This document shows, in pieces, positions 16,928 to 25,951 of a stretch of 25,951 nt of DNA. The translations under genes and the position numbers were made by a program. Position 1 is the stretch's first letter. Every line of letters starts with the position of its first letter. Under the pieces are notes generated by a model that did no database searches, had not been told where the DNA came from, and saw only the letters and a list, made by a program, of their open reading frames with translations. This stretch comes from Candidatus Undinarchaeales archaeon (GTDB lineage: Archaea; SpSt-1190; JASMDC01), in contig JASMDC010000038.1 in assembly GCA_030753015.1 (NCBI GenBank), positions 1 through 25,951 of the forward strand, read 5' to 3'.

Positions 16928-17638
16928 CTATCCTTCGTCGAACTGGTCCAGTGTGCGCATTCCCCTTGCCAGTCGCTCACCTGCGATCCCCGGTCCTTCC
17001 AGGCCACGAATGGTCTCGAGCACATTCTTGACAAACCGGTCCTCGTCGCGTCCCATCTCGATGATGAGCCGGTGTTCTTTGGGGAGAGAGGTGAGCCGGC
17101 GCTGGATCTCTTCGGCCAGTTTCACGTCGACCGGACGGACACGCCATCCCCTTTCGAGAGAGGCGCGGTCAAGCGAAGCGGCGACATCCTCGACGATGAT
17201 GATAGCGAGGTCCGGGGTCACGGCGAAGGGTACCACGGCTGTCTTCAACCATGATTTCAATCGTCGATATTCCTCGCTCTCGGCATCGTCCTCCTGCAAT
17301 CGGGGGACGAGCGTCGCCGCGATAGTGTCCATGTACCCGGGCTTCACCGCCCAGCGTCCTGCTTTGATTGCCGGGGCGATAGAGCGCTCGGTGAGGAACG
17401 CCGCATCAGCGGACATGAGGAGGACCTCGGCCACGGGGGAGATGCGTAGGAACGGGTCTGCGGAATACCCGTGCGTGAGGGCTGTACCAGCGATACCTGC
17501 GGAGAAACGTGGGACCTTTACGAGGTCAACGCCCTCCTCCTCGAGGGCTGCGGATAGCTTGGCGGCGATGCGCGCTGCCGTCCCGACCACGGCCGATTCG
17601 ACGGTGATGAACCGTCCCCAGATGATGTTGTCTTCCAT
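16928..17638 (-). CDS. Thymidylate-kinase-fold protein with degenerate P-loop
   Basis: GRFITVE start, EVLLMSAD...IAPAIKAG.W.V..GYMDT, PDLAIII match the TMK scaffold; GKT and DR motifs are missing. Confidence 0.7.
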   Translation of the reverse strand: MEDNIIWGRFITVESAVVGTAARIAAKLSAALEEEGVDLVKVPRFSAGIAGTALTHGYSADPFLRISPVAEVLLMSADAAFLTERSIAPAIKAGRWAVKPGYMDTIAATLVPRLQEDDAESEEYRRLKSWLKTAVVPFAVTPDLAIIIVEDVAASLDRASLERGWRVRPVDVKLAEEIQRRLTSLPKEHRLIIEMGRDEDRFVKNVLETIRGLEGPGIAGERLARGMRTLDQFDEG

Positions 17639-17644
17639 GTTCTT

Positions 17645-18127
17645 TCACCCCTTCTTCTCATCGATTGGCATTGGTGCGTCGCAGTACGGACATGCGCTCC
17701 TTCCTGACGGTATGGGTGCTCCACAGGAGGAGCATTTCCCCCCGCTCCGCCGGAACATCGCCATCTCGACGAGTTCCTGCTCGCGCATGTACCCGCCAAG
17801 GACGCCCCCGAGAACACCGAGAACGCCAACATAAGTGACGATGATCACAAGGATGATGAAGCCGGCACTACGCACGAGGTCACCTATGATCGGGATGCCC
17901 TCAAGGATGCCGACGATCATCTCGGACAGGAAATATGCAGGAACGACCATGATGGCCGTCATGAGAAGACCGGTGACGAGACCGCCCCACACACCTTGAG
18001 CTGACAGGTAGCCTGCGGCGAAGCCGCCGATAAGGGGGGCGAGCTCCTCGACGAACGGTACGAACAGGACGACGAGGCATATCGCAACGCCGGCAAGAGC
18101 GCCGATCAGAACATCCGATGCACGCAA
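17645..18127 (-). CDS. Small multi-TM membrane protein (DUF5518-like) with C-terminal zinc ribbon
   Basis: PLIGGFAAGYL helices; CSSCG...CPYC. TTG 18127 has a GAGGTG SD (alternative GTG 18136). Confidence 0.7.
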   Translation of the reverse strand: MRASDVLIGALAGVAICLVVLFVPFVEELAPLIGGFAAGYLSAQGVWGGLVTGLLMTAIMVVPAYFLSEMIVGILEGIPIIGDLVRSAGFIILVIIVTYVGVLGVLGGVLGGYMREQELVEMAMFRRSGGKCSSCGAPIPSGRSACPYCDAPMPIDEKKG

Positions 18128-18137
18128 ACAACCCACC

Positions 18138-19226
18138 TCAATCGAGGATGAAGCGACGACGCACGATCATCTGGACCACGGCCGTTCCGAAGATGACCAC
18201 GAGTCCCACAGCGATGCTCGAGGCGACGCCCTGGACGCCGAACTCGGGATTCAGGATGGGCTCGGTGGCCTTCTGGGCCATGAACGCGATGGTCACCGTA
18301 TACACCACCAGAGTGAAGTACCGTAGCAGCTTTCCGGTGTCGGGGAGCGCGTCGATGGACTTGCCCAGGAGCGTGAAGATGACGGCTGCCGAGAACCACA
18401 CGACCGCGCCGGCCACGAATGCACCGGCGGCCTGCATGGGATCGTTCCCACCCCGCTCCATCTCGCTCAGTCCCTGCGTGATCGAGAAGAGGATGAGGAT
18501 GATGGTGATCAGGTAGGTGATAAAAGAGATCCTCGCCTCGCGGTAGGCGTTGAAGACCTCGCCGAAGAAGTCCTCCACGAACCGTTCCATGTGGAATCCC
18601 TTGAGGACGAGATAGGTCCCAAGGACACCTGCGAGGATGCGCGAGCCCTCCCATCCGTAGATGAAGAAGACGAGCGCGGCCAGCCCCGGTACGCCAAGGA
18701 AGAGCGCGGAGAGGTTGGGATCGAGTGTGGCCTTCTTGATGAACTCGGCCGTCATATAGTAGAATCCCTCGAGGCGCTCGGACTGCTTGACCACCACGCG
18801 ATCTACGGAGTCTATCTTCACTCTCGACTCCACCATCGGAGTGACACTCTCGTCCTCGGCACCGTCCGTCACAAGGATGACCGACTTGGCCTTGGTCTTT
18901 GCGAGGACGTTGTCGAGCTGAGCGGAGAGCTTCATGTCCGACGTTGTCCCCACTGAGACATCGCCGGTGATTGCCGCGATGAAGAACCGCGTGATGCCAT
19001 CCTTACTCTGAGCGAGCTCCCGGTAGACACGAACGCCCTCGAAGAGTGTGTTTGCATCGGTATCGGTGGGATCGGCAAGGGCCAGCTTGACGGCGGCCTT
19101 GATCACGTCCTCCTCGCCCATCACAGGCCCGTCTATCTCTGCCTTTCGGCCGAGGTCGTCGTCCCGGTCGATGACTAGGATGAGCCGAACGTCCTCCTCT
19201 GCCCCCTCTGTAGTAGAAGCGGCCAT
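18138..19226 (-). CDS. DUF373-family archaeal membrane protein
   Basis: LVIDRDDDLGRKA...PV.G, DPTDTDAN, VTDGAEDE, VVVKQS then TM helices. The upstream track extension is an RPA shadow. Confidence 0.88.
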   Translation of the reverse strand: MAASTTEGAEEDVRLILVIDRDDDLGRKAEIDGPVMGEEDVIKAAVKLALADPTDTDANTLFEGVRVYRELAQSKDGITRFFIAAITGDVSVGTTSDMKLSAQLDNVLAKTKAKSVILVTDGAEDESVTPMVESRVKIDSVDRVVVKQSERLEGFYYMTAEFIKKATLDPNLSALFLGVPGLAALVFFIYGWEGSRILAGVLGTYLVLKGFHMERFVEDFFGEVFNAYREARISFITYLITIILILFSITQGLSEMERGGNDPMQAAGAFVAGAVVWFSAAVIFTLLGKSIDALPDTGKLLRYFTLVVYTVTIAFMAQKATEPILNPEFGVQGVASSIAVGLVVIFGTAVVQMIVRRRFILD

Positions 19227-19292
19227 CCGGATTGAAAGGTGCCAGGTGAAAGATATAAGTGTTGGCCTGCCCCGCTGCTGCCGGGATCCCTC

Positions 19293-20366
19293 ATGAGCAA
19301 TGACATGGATACGCTCGTGGAACGCATAGCCACCGAGTCCGAAATGACGGCTGACGAGGTGCGCGCAGCGATAGAGAAGAAGAAGAAGGCGCTTGCTGGG
19401 CTCGTGTCTGAGACCGGCGCCGCCCACATAGTCGCGAACGAGCTGGGTGTAAAGACCCTTGAGCGGACGCGGCCTGCGGTACGTTCCATCGGGGAGCTGT
19501 CCGAGAACATGCGCGAAGCGGACATCATCGGCCGAGTGGTCAGGGTGTTCCCGCCGCGTGAGTTCTCCCGCAAGGACGGGTCCCTCGGTCGTGTCGCCAA
19601 CATCATCATCGGCGATGAGACGGGGACCATCCGGGTCTCCTTCTGGGACAAGGGCGTCGAGGTCATCGATCACCACGGTCTCGAGGCCGGCACACCGGTC
19701 AAGCTTGTCGGGGGATTCATCAAGCGGGATAACATGGACCGCATCGAGATGAGGTTCACAACGCGCTCCCGCATCGTCGTGGATCCCAAGAACGCGGAGA
19801 TCCCGCCCCTCGAGAAGCTCGCTACCGGTAGTACCGGCGGGTCCGCTCCCGCTCAGCGCCTCCTGCTCAGGGATGCTGTCCCGGGTGACGTCGTGAGGAT
19901 CAGGGCAACGGTGGTACAGCTCTTCGAGAACAATCCTCTTTACGAGGTGTGTCCATCCTGCGGGAAACGCATCAGGGCCGACGAGAAGGGGAAGTTCGTG
20001 TGCGCCGAGCACGGTGAACAGGAGCCTGCCTACAATATGGTAGTGTCCGCCACCGTGGATGACGGTACAAACTGTCTGCGTGCTGTGTTCTTCCGGGATA
20101 ACGCTAGCGACTTCCTGGGCCTTTCCGTAGACGACGTTCGTTCCGAGGGCGAGAAGGCGGGCGACATGACCGCGGCAATTTCCCGTTCAGCGGGATCTCT
20201 CCTGGGGCGCGAGCTCCTGCTCGAGGGACGCGTCCGATTCAACGACATCAGCGACAGGAACGAGCTCATGGTCAACCGTGTCTCCCCTCCGAACGCCAAG
20301 GCCGAGGCCGAGGCGCTCGTCACTGAGCTTGAAGGGAGTACCGGCACGCCACCCTCTCCATCTTAA
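19293..20366 (+). CDS. rpa: Replication protein A (OB folds with zinc finger)
   Basis: N-terminal helical domain (AHIVANELGV), OB GDETGTIRVSFW, CPSC..CAEH, DDGT. Confidence 0.9.
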   Translation: MSNDMDTLVERIATESEMTADEVRAAIEKKKKALAGLVSETGAAHIVANELGVKTLERTRPAVRSIGELSENMREADIIGRVVRVFPPREFSRKDGSLGRVANIIIGDETGTIRVSFWDKGVEVIDHHGLEAGTPVKLVGGFIKRDNMDRIEMRFTTRSRIVVDPKNAEIPPLEKLATGSTGGSAPAQRLLLRDAVPGDVVRIRATVVQLFENNPLYEVCPSCGKRIRADEKGKFVCAEHGEQEPAYNMVVSATVDDGTNCLRAVFFRDNASDFLGLSVDDVRSEGEKAGDMTAAISRSAGSLLGRELLLEGRVRFNDISDRNELMVNRVSPPNAKAEAEALVTELEGSTGTPPSPS

Positions 20367-20392
20367 TAATACTTGGGCGGGTGTAGTATATC

Positions 20393-21334
20393 ATGGACCC
20401 TACGATAGAGGAGCTGCCGGGCATCGGACCCAAGACCGCAGAGAAGCTCCGCGAGGTCGGATACATCGACGTGCTCGCCATTGCTGCAGCTTCCAGTAAT
20501 GAACTGATGGCCGCTGCTGATATGGGCGAGTCCCTGGCCATGAAGGTCATCGCCGCAGCACAACAGGTGCTGGACATTGGCTTCGAGACCGGTCTTGACG
20601 TCCTGGAGAAGCGTAAGAAGGTGGTCAAGGTCACCACCATGTCGACACAGGTGGACGAGCTCCTTGGCGGTGGGGTCCAGTCGCAGGCCATAACAGAGGT
20701 CCACGGCCCCTTCGGTTCGGGGAAGAGCCAGATCGCCTTCCAGATCGCCGTCAGTGCGCAGCTCCCTGTCGAGAAGGGTGGCTTGGACGGCCATGTCGCC
20801 TTCATCGACACCGAGAACACCTTCAGACCCGAGCGCATCATGGGCATCGCTGAAGCGCTGGGGCTCGATCCCGAGGAAGTGCTCGGTCGCATCCACATCG
20901 CACGCGCCTTCAACTCGGACCATCAGATGTTCATGGCCGACAAGGTCGAGGAGCTCATCAACAAGGACGAGATCCCCATCAAGATAATCATCGTGGACTC
21001 CCTCACGGCGCATTTCCGAGCGGAGTACGCTGGTCGAGGGAAACTGGCCGAGCGCCAGCAGAAGCTAAACCGCCTCCTCCACAACCTCCAGCGCATGGCC
21101 GATATACACAACCTCGTGGTGTTCGTCACCAACCAGGTGATGTCGAAACCCGATGTGTTCTTCGGACCGACCCTGGAGGCCATCGGAGGGAACATAGTGG
21201 GCCATGCGGCCACGTACAGGCTCTTCCTGCGACGAGGGAAGGGCGGAAAGCGCGTGGCACGGCTCATCGATTCACCGGACCTGCCCGAGGGTGAAGCGAT
21301 CTACTCGCTCACTTCTGAGGGGGTCCGCGACTAG
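20393..21334 (+). CDS. radA: DNA repair and recombination protein RadA
   Basis: Hh[45 protein letters not shown]; no intein. Confidence 0.98.
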   Translation: MDPTIEELPGIGPKTAEKLREVGYIDVLAIAAASSNELMAAADMGESLAMKVIAAAQQVLDIGFETGLDVLEKRKKVVKVTTMSTQVDELLGGGVQSQAITEVHGPFGSGKSQIAFQIAVSAQLPVEKGGLDGHVAFIDTENTFRPERIMGIAEALGLDPEEVLGRIHIARAFNSDHQMFMADKVEELINKDEIPIKIIIVDSLTAHFRAEYAGRGKLAERQQKLNRLLHNLQRMADIHNLVVFVTNQVMSKPDVFFGPTLEAIGGNIVGHAATYRLFLRRGKGGKRVARLIDSPDLPEGEAIYSLTSEGVRD

Positions 21335-21344
21335 GGGTCGACAG

Positions 21345-22013
21345 GTGCTAGTTGGCCTCGTCGCAGACATCCACGGCAACCTTCACGCCCTGGAGGCAGT
21401 TCTGGCCGACCTGAAATGCGACGAGGTCTGGTGTCTTGGTGATATTGTAGGGTACGGCGCCTTCCCCGAGGAGGTCGTGGACCGGGTCCGGGATGAGGGC
21501 ATAAGGTGTATCAAGGGGAACCATGACGATGCAGTGGTCAGGGGGGACTTCAAATGGTTCAATCCTCGTGCTGCATCTGCGGGGCGGTGGAGCAGAAGTC
21601 GGATCGGTGCCGAACGACGTACCTTCCTCGAACGGCTCCCGGAGACGCTGGAGCTCCATGGCGTAGCGCTCGTCCACGGATCGCCCATCGATCCGCTCCA
21701 TGAGTACGTGGACCCGGGGTGCAAGGAGTCCAGACTCAAGAGATTTCTTGAGATGACGTCCACACGTGCTCTCATGGTGGCCCACACACATCAACAGTTC
21801 ATACGGAACGTCGGTGGCGGGTTCGTGGCCAATCCCGGATCGGTGGGACAGCCCCGCGACGGTGATTGGCATGCTGCGTACGGGCTGCTCGACACCGAGT
21901 CATTGAAGTTACGGATGAAGAGGGTCCGATATGATGTGAAGGCGGCAGCACGCGCGATCCGTGACGCAGGATTGCCGAACGCTATCGCACTGAGGCTCTT
22001 TGAGGGTTGGTGA
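21345..22013 (+). CDS. Calcineurin-like metallophosphoesterase
   Basis: DIHGN, GDIVGYG, GNHD, HGSP, AHTH, NPGSVGQPRDG; in-frame GTG at 21345 after radA. Confidence 0.92.
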   Translation: MLVGLVADIHGNLHALEAVLADLKCDEVWCLGDIVGYGAFPEEVVDRVRDEGIRCIKGNHDDAVVRGDFKWFNPRAASAGRWSRSRIGAERRTFLERLPETLELHGVALVHGSPIDPLHEYVDPGCKESRLKRFLEMTSTRALMVAHTHQQFIRNVGGGFVANPGSVGQPRDGDWHAAYGLLDTESLKLRMKRVRYDVKAAARAIRDAGLPNAIALRLFEGW

Positions 22014-22049
22014 AGAAAGTTTATGGTCGGGGCCTTTCGACCCCGGACC
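22013..22049 (-). terminator. GAAA-tetraloop hairpin with U-rich tail downstream of the histone gene
   Basis: Minus strand ggtccggggtc-gaaa-ggccccgacc-ataaactttctt. Confidence 0.55.
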
Positions 22050-22060
22050 GTGAACACAGA

Positions 22061-22261
22061 CTATCTGGTGGCCAGTTTGATGTCCTTGGACATCACGGTC
22101 TTGCGACCGCTGTGCTGAGCGATCTGGAACGCACGCTTTGAGATGTCCGAAGCGAACTCCTCGAGGTTCTCGATCATGAAGTCGACAGCGTCGACGCTCA
22201 CGCGCTTGGCACCGGCGTTCTTCATTAGCCGAGCGAGGGCGGCATGTGGAAGTTCTGTCAT
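22061..22261 (-). CDS. Archaeal histone (HMfA/B-like)
   Basis: MTELPHAALARLMKNAGAKRVS...HSGRKTV..KDI.LA; AGGTGA SD before ATG 22261. Confidence 0.95.
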   Translation of the reverse strand: MTELPHAALARLMKNAGAKRVSVDAVDFMIENLEEFASDISKRAFQIAQHSGRKTVMSKDIKLATR

Positions 22262-22387
22262 AGGTCTCACCTAGGGCTTCAGGGGAGGGTAACTATTATA
22301 ATGCTATTGCCCGGCCGGGGTCGGAATGCCGTCCGCGCCCGCACATCTTTTTAAATATCGCCCTCCACTCCGGTCGCGGGACTATCC

Positions 22388-23161
22388 ATGGGAAAGAAAC
22401 TCCGTCTCTCTCGCATCAGTACCAATGGGCGATTCGTAACCGTACCTATGGACCACGGCGTGTCCATGGGCCCTATCAAAGGCATTGTCGATCCAATCTC
22501 AACCGTCTACTCGGTCGCCGAGGCGGGAGCCACGGCAGTGTTCCTCCACAAGGGGCTCGCTCGAATGCTGACGACTGCACCGTGCGGGCTCATTCTCCAT
22601 CTTTCGGCATCAACATCGATGGCGTCCGATCCCAACGCGAAGGTACTTGTGGCTGGTGTCGAGGACGCTATTCGCCTTGGGGCCGATGCGGTCTCCATCC
22701 ACGTCAACGTGGGAGCCCACACCGAGGAAGAGATGCTCGCGGACCTGGGGATAGTATCATCGACATGCGAGGAGTGGGGTCTGCCCTTAGTGGCAATGAT
22801 GTACCCGCGGGGACCCGGGATCGACAATCCGTTCGATCCGGACCTCGTCGCCCATGCCGCCCGACTCGGCGCGGAACTGGGTGCTGACGTGATCAAGACA
22901 TCGTACACAGGGGATACCGACTCGTTCGAGAAGGTCATCGAGGGCTGTCCCGTCCCGGTCATCATTGCAGGGGGTCCGCGGTGCGATACTCCTCGCGACA
23001 CTCTCGAGATGGTCCGCGGAGCGCTCGACGCAGGTTCCCAGGGAGTCGCGTTCGGAAGGAACGTGTTCAGTTGTGAAGATCCCGGTACCATGGTGCGTGC
23101 CTTGCGTGCCATAATCGTCGACGATGTGAGCGTCGATGAGGGCCTGGAGGTCATGGGATGA
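22388..23161 (+). CDS. aroA': 2-amino-3,7-dideoxy-D-threo-hept-6-ulosonate synthase (class I aldolase family)
   Basis: PMDHG, MMYPRG, ELGADVIKT, IAGG, GRNVF; adjacent to aroB'. Confidence 0.88.
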   Translation: MGKKLRLSRISTNGRFVTVPMDHGVSMGPIKGIVDPISTVYSVAEAGATAVFLHKGLARMLTTAPCGLILHLSASTSMASDPNAKVLVAGVEDAIRLGADAVSIHVNVGAHTEEEMLADLGIVSSTCEEWGLPLVAMMYPRGPGIDNPFDPDLVAHAARLGAELGADVIKTSYTGDTDSFEKVIEGCPVPVIIAGGPRCDTPRDTLEMVRGALDAGSQGVAFGRNVFSCEDPGTMVRALRAIIVDDVSVDEGLEVMG

Positions 23162-24168
23162 AGGAGCTGTGGGCCCTTCTCCAGCCAGATGAAGCGTGGG
23201 TCAGGACTGTCCGCGAACTTGGTGTGACGACCTTTCTTGCCCTCGGTGAGGATGTGAAATGGGCGCTCGAGCACCGTGAAGCCCTTGGCATCACCGTTGC
23301 CGCACCGGACCCCGAGGCTGACCTGATCGTTACCACGGACCCTGCCAAGGCGGCCGGTGGCGTGCTCTATGTCAAGCTCTCAAGTGCTGAAGAACTTAAG
23401 ATGCTGGAGAGCTGTGAGGCGTCCACGGTAATCGTCGAGGCATCCGACTGGCGGATCATCCCGCTCGAGAACATCATAGCATCCTCTCTCCGCGTGCTGG
23501 GGGTCGTCTCCGATGTCGAGGAGGCCAGGCTGTTCGCCACCATCCTTGAGAAGGGTGTGGACGGGCTCGTGGTCCGTGACGATATCGAGGCCGTGCGTGA
23601 TATGCTGAGCGAGCAGGCACGCCACATCGAGCTCGAGCCCGTGGAGATCTCCGAAGTGAGAGAGATCGGGGAGGGTGACCGTGTGTGCATCGATACCTGC
23701 TCCATCCTTGAGCCGGGCGAGGGCGCTCTCGTTGGGAACCAGGGTGCATGCCTCTTCCTCGTGCACGCCGAGAACGTCGAGAATCCCTATATCGCTACAA
23801 GACCGTTCAGGGTGAACGCGGGACCGGTCCATGAGTACGTTCTTGTGGGCGACCGTACGCGCTACCTCTCCGAGCTCGAAGCCGGTGAGCCGCTCTTGGT
23901 CGTCAGGACCGACGGGGCCACTCGCATCGTCACCGTGGGCCGGGCCAAGATCGAGCGTCGCCCTTTGGTCCTTGTCGTGGCCAAGATGGGTGATATCCCC
24001 GCAAAGACGGTACTCCAGAACGCCGAGACCGTAAGGCTCGTGCGGCCTGACGGGAGTCTTGTGCCCGTGACCGAGCTCAAGGCAGGTGACGAGGTACTTG
24101 CCTATCGCGAGGCCCCTAAGGGGCGTCACTTCGGTATGGCCGTCGAAGAGACCATCGTGGAGAGATGA
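23158..24168 (+). CDS. aroB': 3-dehydroquinate synthase II
   Basis: DW.IIPLEN, GDRVCIDTCS, RPFRVNAG, GRAKIERRP, LQNAETVRL, RHFG; ATGA coupling. Confidence 0.95.
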   Translation: MKELWALLQPDEAWVRTVRELGVTTFLALGEDVKWALEHREALGITVAAPDPEADLIVTTDPAKAAGGVLYVKLSSAEELKMLESCEASTVIVEASDWRIIPLENIIASSLRVLGVVSDVEEARLFATILEKGVDGLVVRDDIEAVRDMLSEQARHIELEPVEISEVREIGEGDRVCIDTCSILEPGEGALVGNQGACLFLVHAENVENPYIATRPFRVNAGPVHEYVLVGDRTRYLSELEAGEPLLVVRTDGATRIVTVGRAKIERRPLVLVVAKMGDIPAKTVLQNAETVRLVRPDGSLVPVTELKAGDEVLAYREAPKGRHFGMAVEETIVER

Positions 24169-24169
24169 A

Positions 24170-25441
24170 ATGGACGCGGTCGTGCGACCGGGTGAGGTCA
24201 CAGGGAGCGTCCGGGCCCCTCCGTCGAAGAGCATCAGCCATCGTGCCCTACTACGAGCCCTTCTTGCTCATGGCCGTTCGACCATCCAGAACTTGAGCCG
24301 ATGTGCGGACGTCGTTGCCACACTAGAGGCCTGCCGTACCTTCGGAGCAGAGGTCGGAGAGGACCCTGAGCTGATAACGCTGCACGGGTGCGGACCCGAA
24401 CTGACCGTCCCTGATGGGGCGATCGACTGCGCGAACTCGGGAACGACACTGCGCTTCTTCACCGTGGCAGGATGCCTGGCTCCGGGAGCTGTCCGGCTCA
24501 CAGGGGACAGTTCCTTGACGCAGCGGCCGATGGAGCCGTTGCTCGCAGCGCTCAGGGGATTGGGTGCCGACGCACGCAGGGACGCCGACGGCAGCGTCAC
24601 CGTCCGAGGGCCCTTGAAGCCCGGCTCGACCATATTGGACGCCTCGGCGAGCTCCCAGTACCTCTCGGCGATGCTCCTGGTGCTCCCCGTGCTCGAAGGG
24701 GACTGGCGGATCGATCTTGCAGGGCCCCTGGCATCCCGCGGGTACGTCGACCTCACGCTCGAGGCCCTTGACGATCCTTCGTTTGCGCGGATTGATGAAG
24801 GTGGCGCTACGATCAATGGTGGGATCAAGTACCCGTCAATCGAGCGGACCATCGAGGGCGACTGGTCCGCCGCTGCCTTCCCCGTGGCCGCTGGACTCCT
24901 GGGTGGCGAAGTCCGGGTCCAAGGCCTTGTGAAGTCCTCCCGTCAACCGGACCGGGCCCTGTTGGGACTCATCGACCTCTTGGACGGCGAGGTATCATGG
25001 GAAGGGGACACACTCATCGCACGGAGATCCGAGCTCAATGGGACCGAGCTCGACGTGTCCGACACGCCGGACCTATTCCCCGCTCTCCTCCTGCTCGCAG
25101 CACGCGCCCGGGGTACGACCACCATTACCGGGACCGCCCGACTGCGGTACAAGGAGTCTGACCGGGTCTCCACCTGCACAGACGTGCTCAGGGCCATGGG
25201 GGCCGATATAGCCGTCGGTGATGACCGGGTGGTCGTACGGGGAGTGCCCTCACTCCGTGGTGCCGAGGTCACCTCGCATGGGGACCACCGTGTCGCCATG
25301 ATGGCCGTCACGGCAGGGCTCGGTGCGACAAATGCCACGATGATCCAGGGCATGGACTGCTTGGATGTGTCATGGCCGGGATTCCTTGAGGCCGTGAAGG
25401 GGCTTGGGGGACTGGTGAGGACTACCGCTCCTCTTCCCTGA
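24170..25441 (+). CDS. aroA: EPSP synthase (3-phosphoshikimate 1-carboxyvinyltransferase)
   Basis: PPSKSISHR, NSGTTLR, SSQYLS, KESDR, DHRVAM; ATG 24170 just after the aroB' stop. Confidence 0.95.
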   Translation: MDAVVRPGEVTGSVRAPPSKSISHRALLRALLAHGRSTIQNLSRCADVVATLEACRTFGAEVGEDPELITLHGCGPELTVPDGAIDCANSGTTLRFFTVAGCLAPGAVRLTGDSSLTQRPMEPLLAALRGLGADARRDADGSVTVRGPLKPGSTILDASASSQYLSAMLLVLPVLEGDWRIDLAGPLASRGYVDLTLEALDDPSFARIDEGGATINGGIKYPSIERTIEGDWSAAAFPVAAGLLGGEVRVQGLVKSSRQPDRALLGLIDLLDGEVSWEGDTLIARRSELNGTELDVSDTPDLFPALLLLAARARGTTTITGTARLRYKESDRVSTCTDVLRAMGADIAVGDDRVVVRGVPSLRGAEVTSHGDHRVAMMAVTAGLGATNATMIQGMDCLDVSWPGFLEAVKGLGGLVRTTAPLP

Positions 25442-25862
25442 ACATCTTTCGCCGCGGAAGCTCTAGCTCCCTGTCGAGCTCGTTAGCGATCTCCTGCATG
25501 TTCTCGAACATACGTTGGACATCATGCTGGAGCTCCATGAGCGTGCGCTGGAGGTTGTTCCTCCTGAGCAGGTACCGGCTCTTCTTCCGCTCGACGATGC
25601 CGCTCTGGAGAAGGTGGTTGAGGTGATGGACGATGCTCGTCCGTGAGAGCCCGAACTCCTCCACGAGCTCTGAACTGGTCACGCCCGTGCCGTCCTGAGT
25701 GGTGATGATCACACGCTTGAAGACCCGCATGCAGGTCTTGTCCTTGTCCTTGGGTCCGCACAGGCCGAGCGCCTCGCACATCCATTCGAGGTCCTCATCG
25801 ATGCTAGGTTCGATCGGCAACCGCTTGCGATAGATGACGATGCGTTCTTCCAGTGTGGACAC
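25422..25862 (-). CDS. Winged-helix transcriptional regulator (ArsR/TrmB-like)
   Basis: TSSELVEEFGLSRTSIVHHLNHLLQSGIVE..Y.L plus a C-terminal coiled helix; TATA upstream near 25895-25905. Confidence 0.85.
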   Translation of the reverse strand: MSTLEERIVIYRKRLPIEPSIDEDLEWMCEALGLCGPKDKDKTCMRVFKRVIITTQDGTGVTSSELVEEFGLSRTSIVHHLNHLLQSGIVERKKSRYLLRRNNLQRTLMELQHDVQRMFENMQEIANELDRELELPRRKMFREEER

Positions 25863-25951
25863 CTGCTTCGTTTCTTAGTGTATACTTAGGTGCAACTTAT
25901 ATAAAAGTTTTTTTATCAGCAATGTTTGTTAACAGTTTTTAGTTAATCTAT

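Noticed and set aside
16953-17834. 293-aa plus-strand ORF and many similar overlapping ORFs
   Set aside because: High-GC antisense shadows of better-supported genes.
19227-20012. N-terminal extension of the 624-aa DUF373 ORF
   Set aside because: Antisense shadow of rpa.
25422-25441. Convergent 3' overlaps (also 6618-6628)
   Set aside because: Short tail-to-tail overlaps are common in compact archaeal genomes.
1-25951. CRISPR arrays, tRNA/rRNA genes, inteins in RadA or FtsZ
   Set aside because: No spaced repeat array, cloverleaf or rRNA-like segment seen; RadA and FtsZ are of normal length.

Overview
GC-rich archaeal chromosomal window. Archaeal markers include FtsZ2, RadA, RPA, an HMf-type histone, Trm56, DUF373 and aroA'/aroB' plus EPSP synthase; TATA/BRE promoters are present and many starts look leaderless. 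The left edge holds the 5' end of an IS200/IS605 tnpA, missed by the ORF track, with its left-end hairpin and a TTAC flank. An accessory block follows: a membrane transglutaminase-like protein, an orphan, and a putative H-Y-type ADP-ribosyltransferase converging on a stand-alone COG1058 (CinA N-terminal) gene. The most unusual observations are: (i) the ART/COG1058 pair with a gene-less promoter-hairpin-U-tract unit between them; (ii) two apparently dead P-loop proteins, a mini MCM-like AAA+ domain coupled to trm56 and a TMK-like protein ending in a PIP-box-like motif; (iii) two unrelated orphan genes sharing a 39-bp promoter with a 16-bp palindrome; (iv) a 13-residue Trp-repeat solenoid upstream of ftsZ2, where no cdrS is seen. 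All family calls come from motif recognition by eye; no searches were run.
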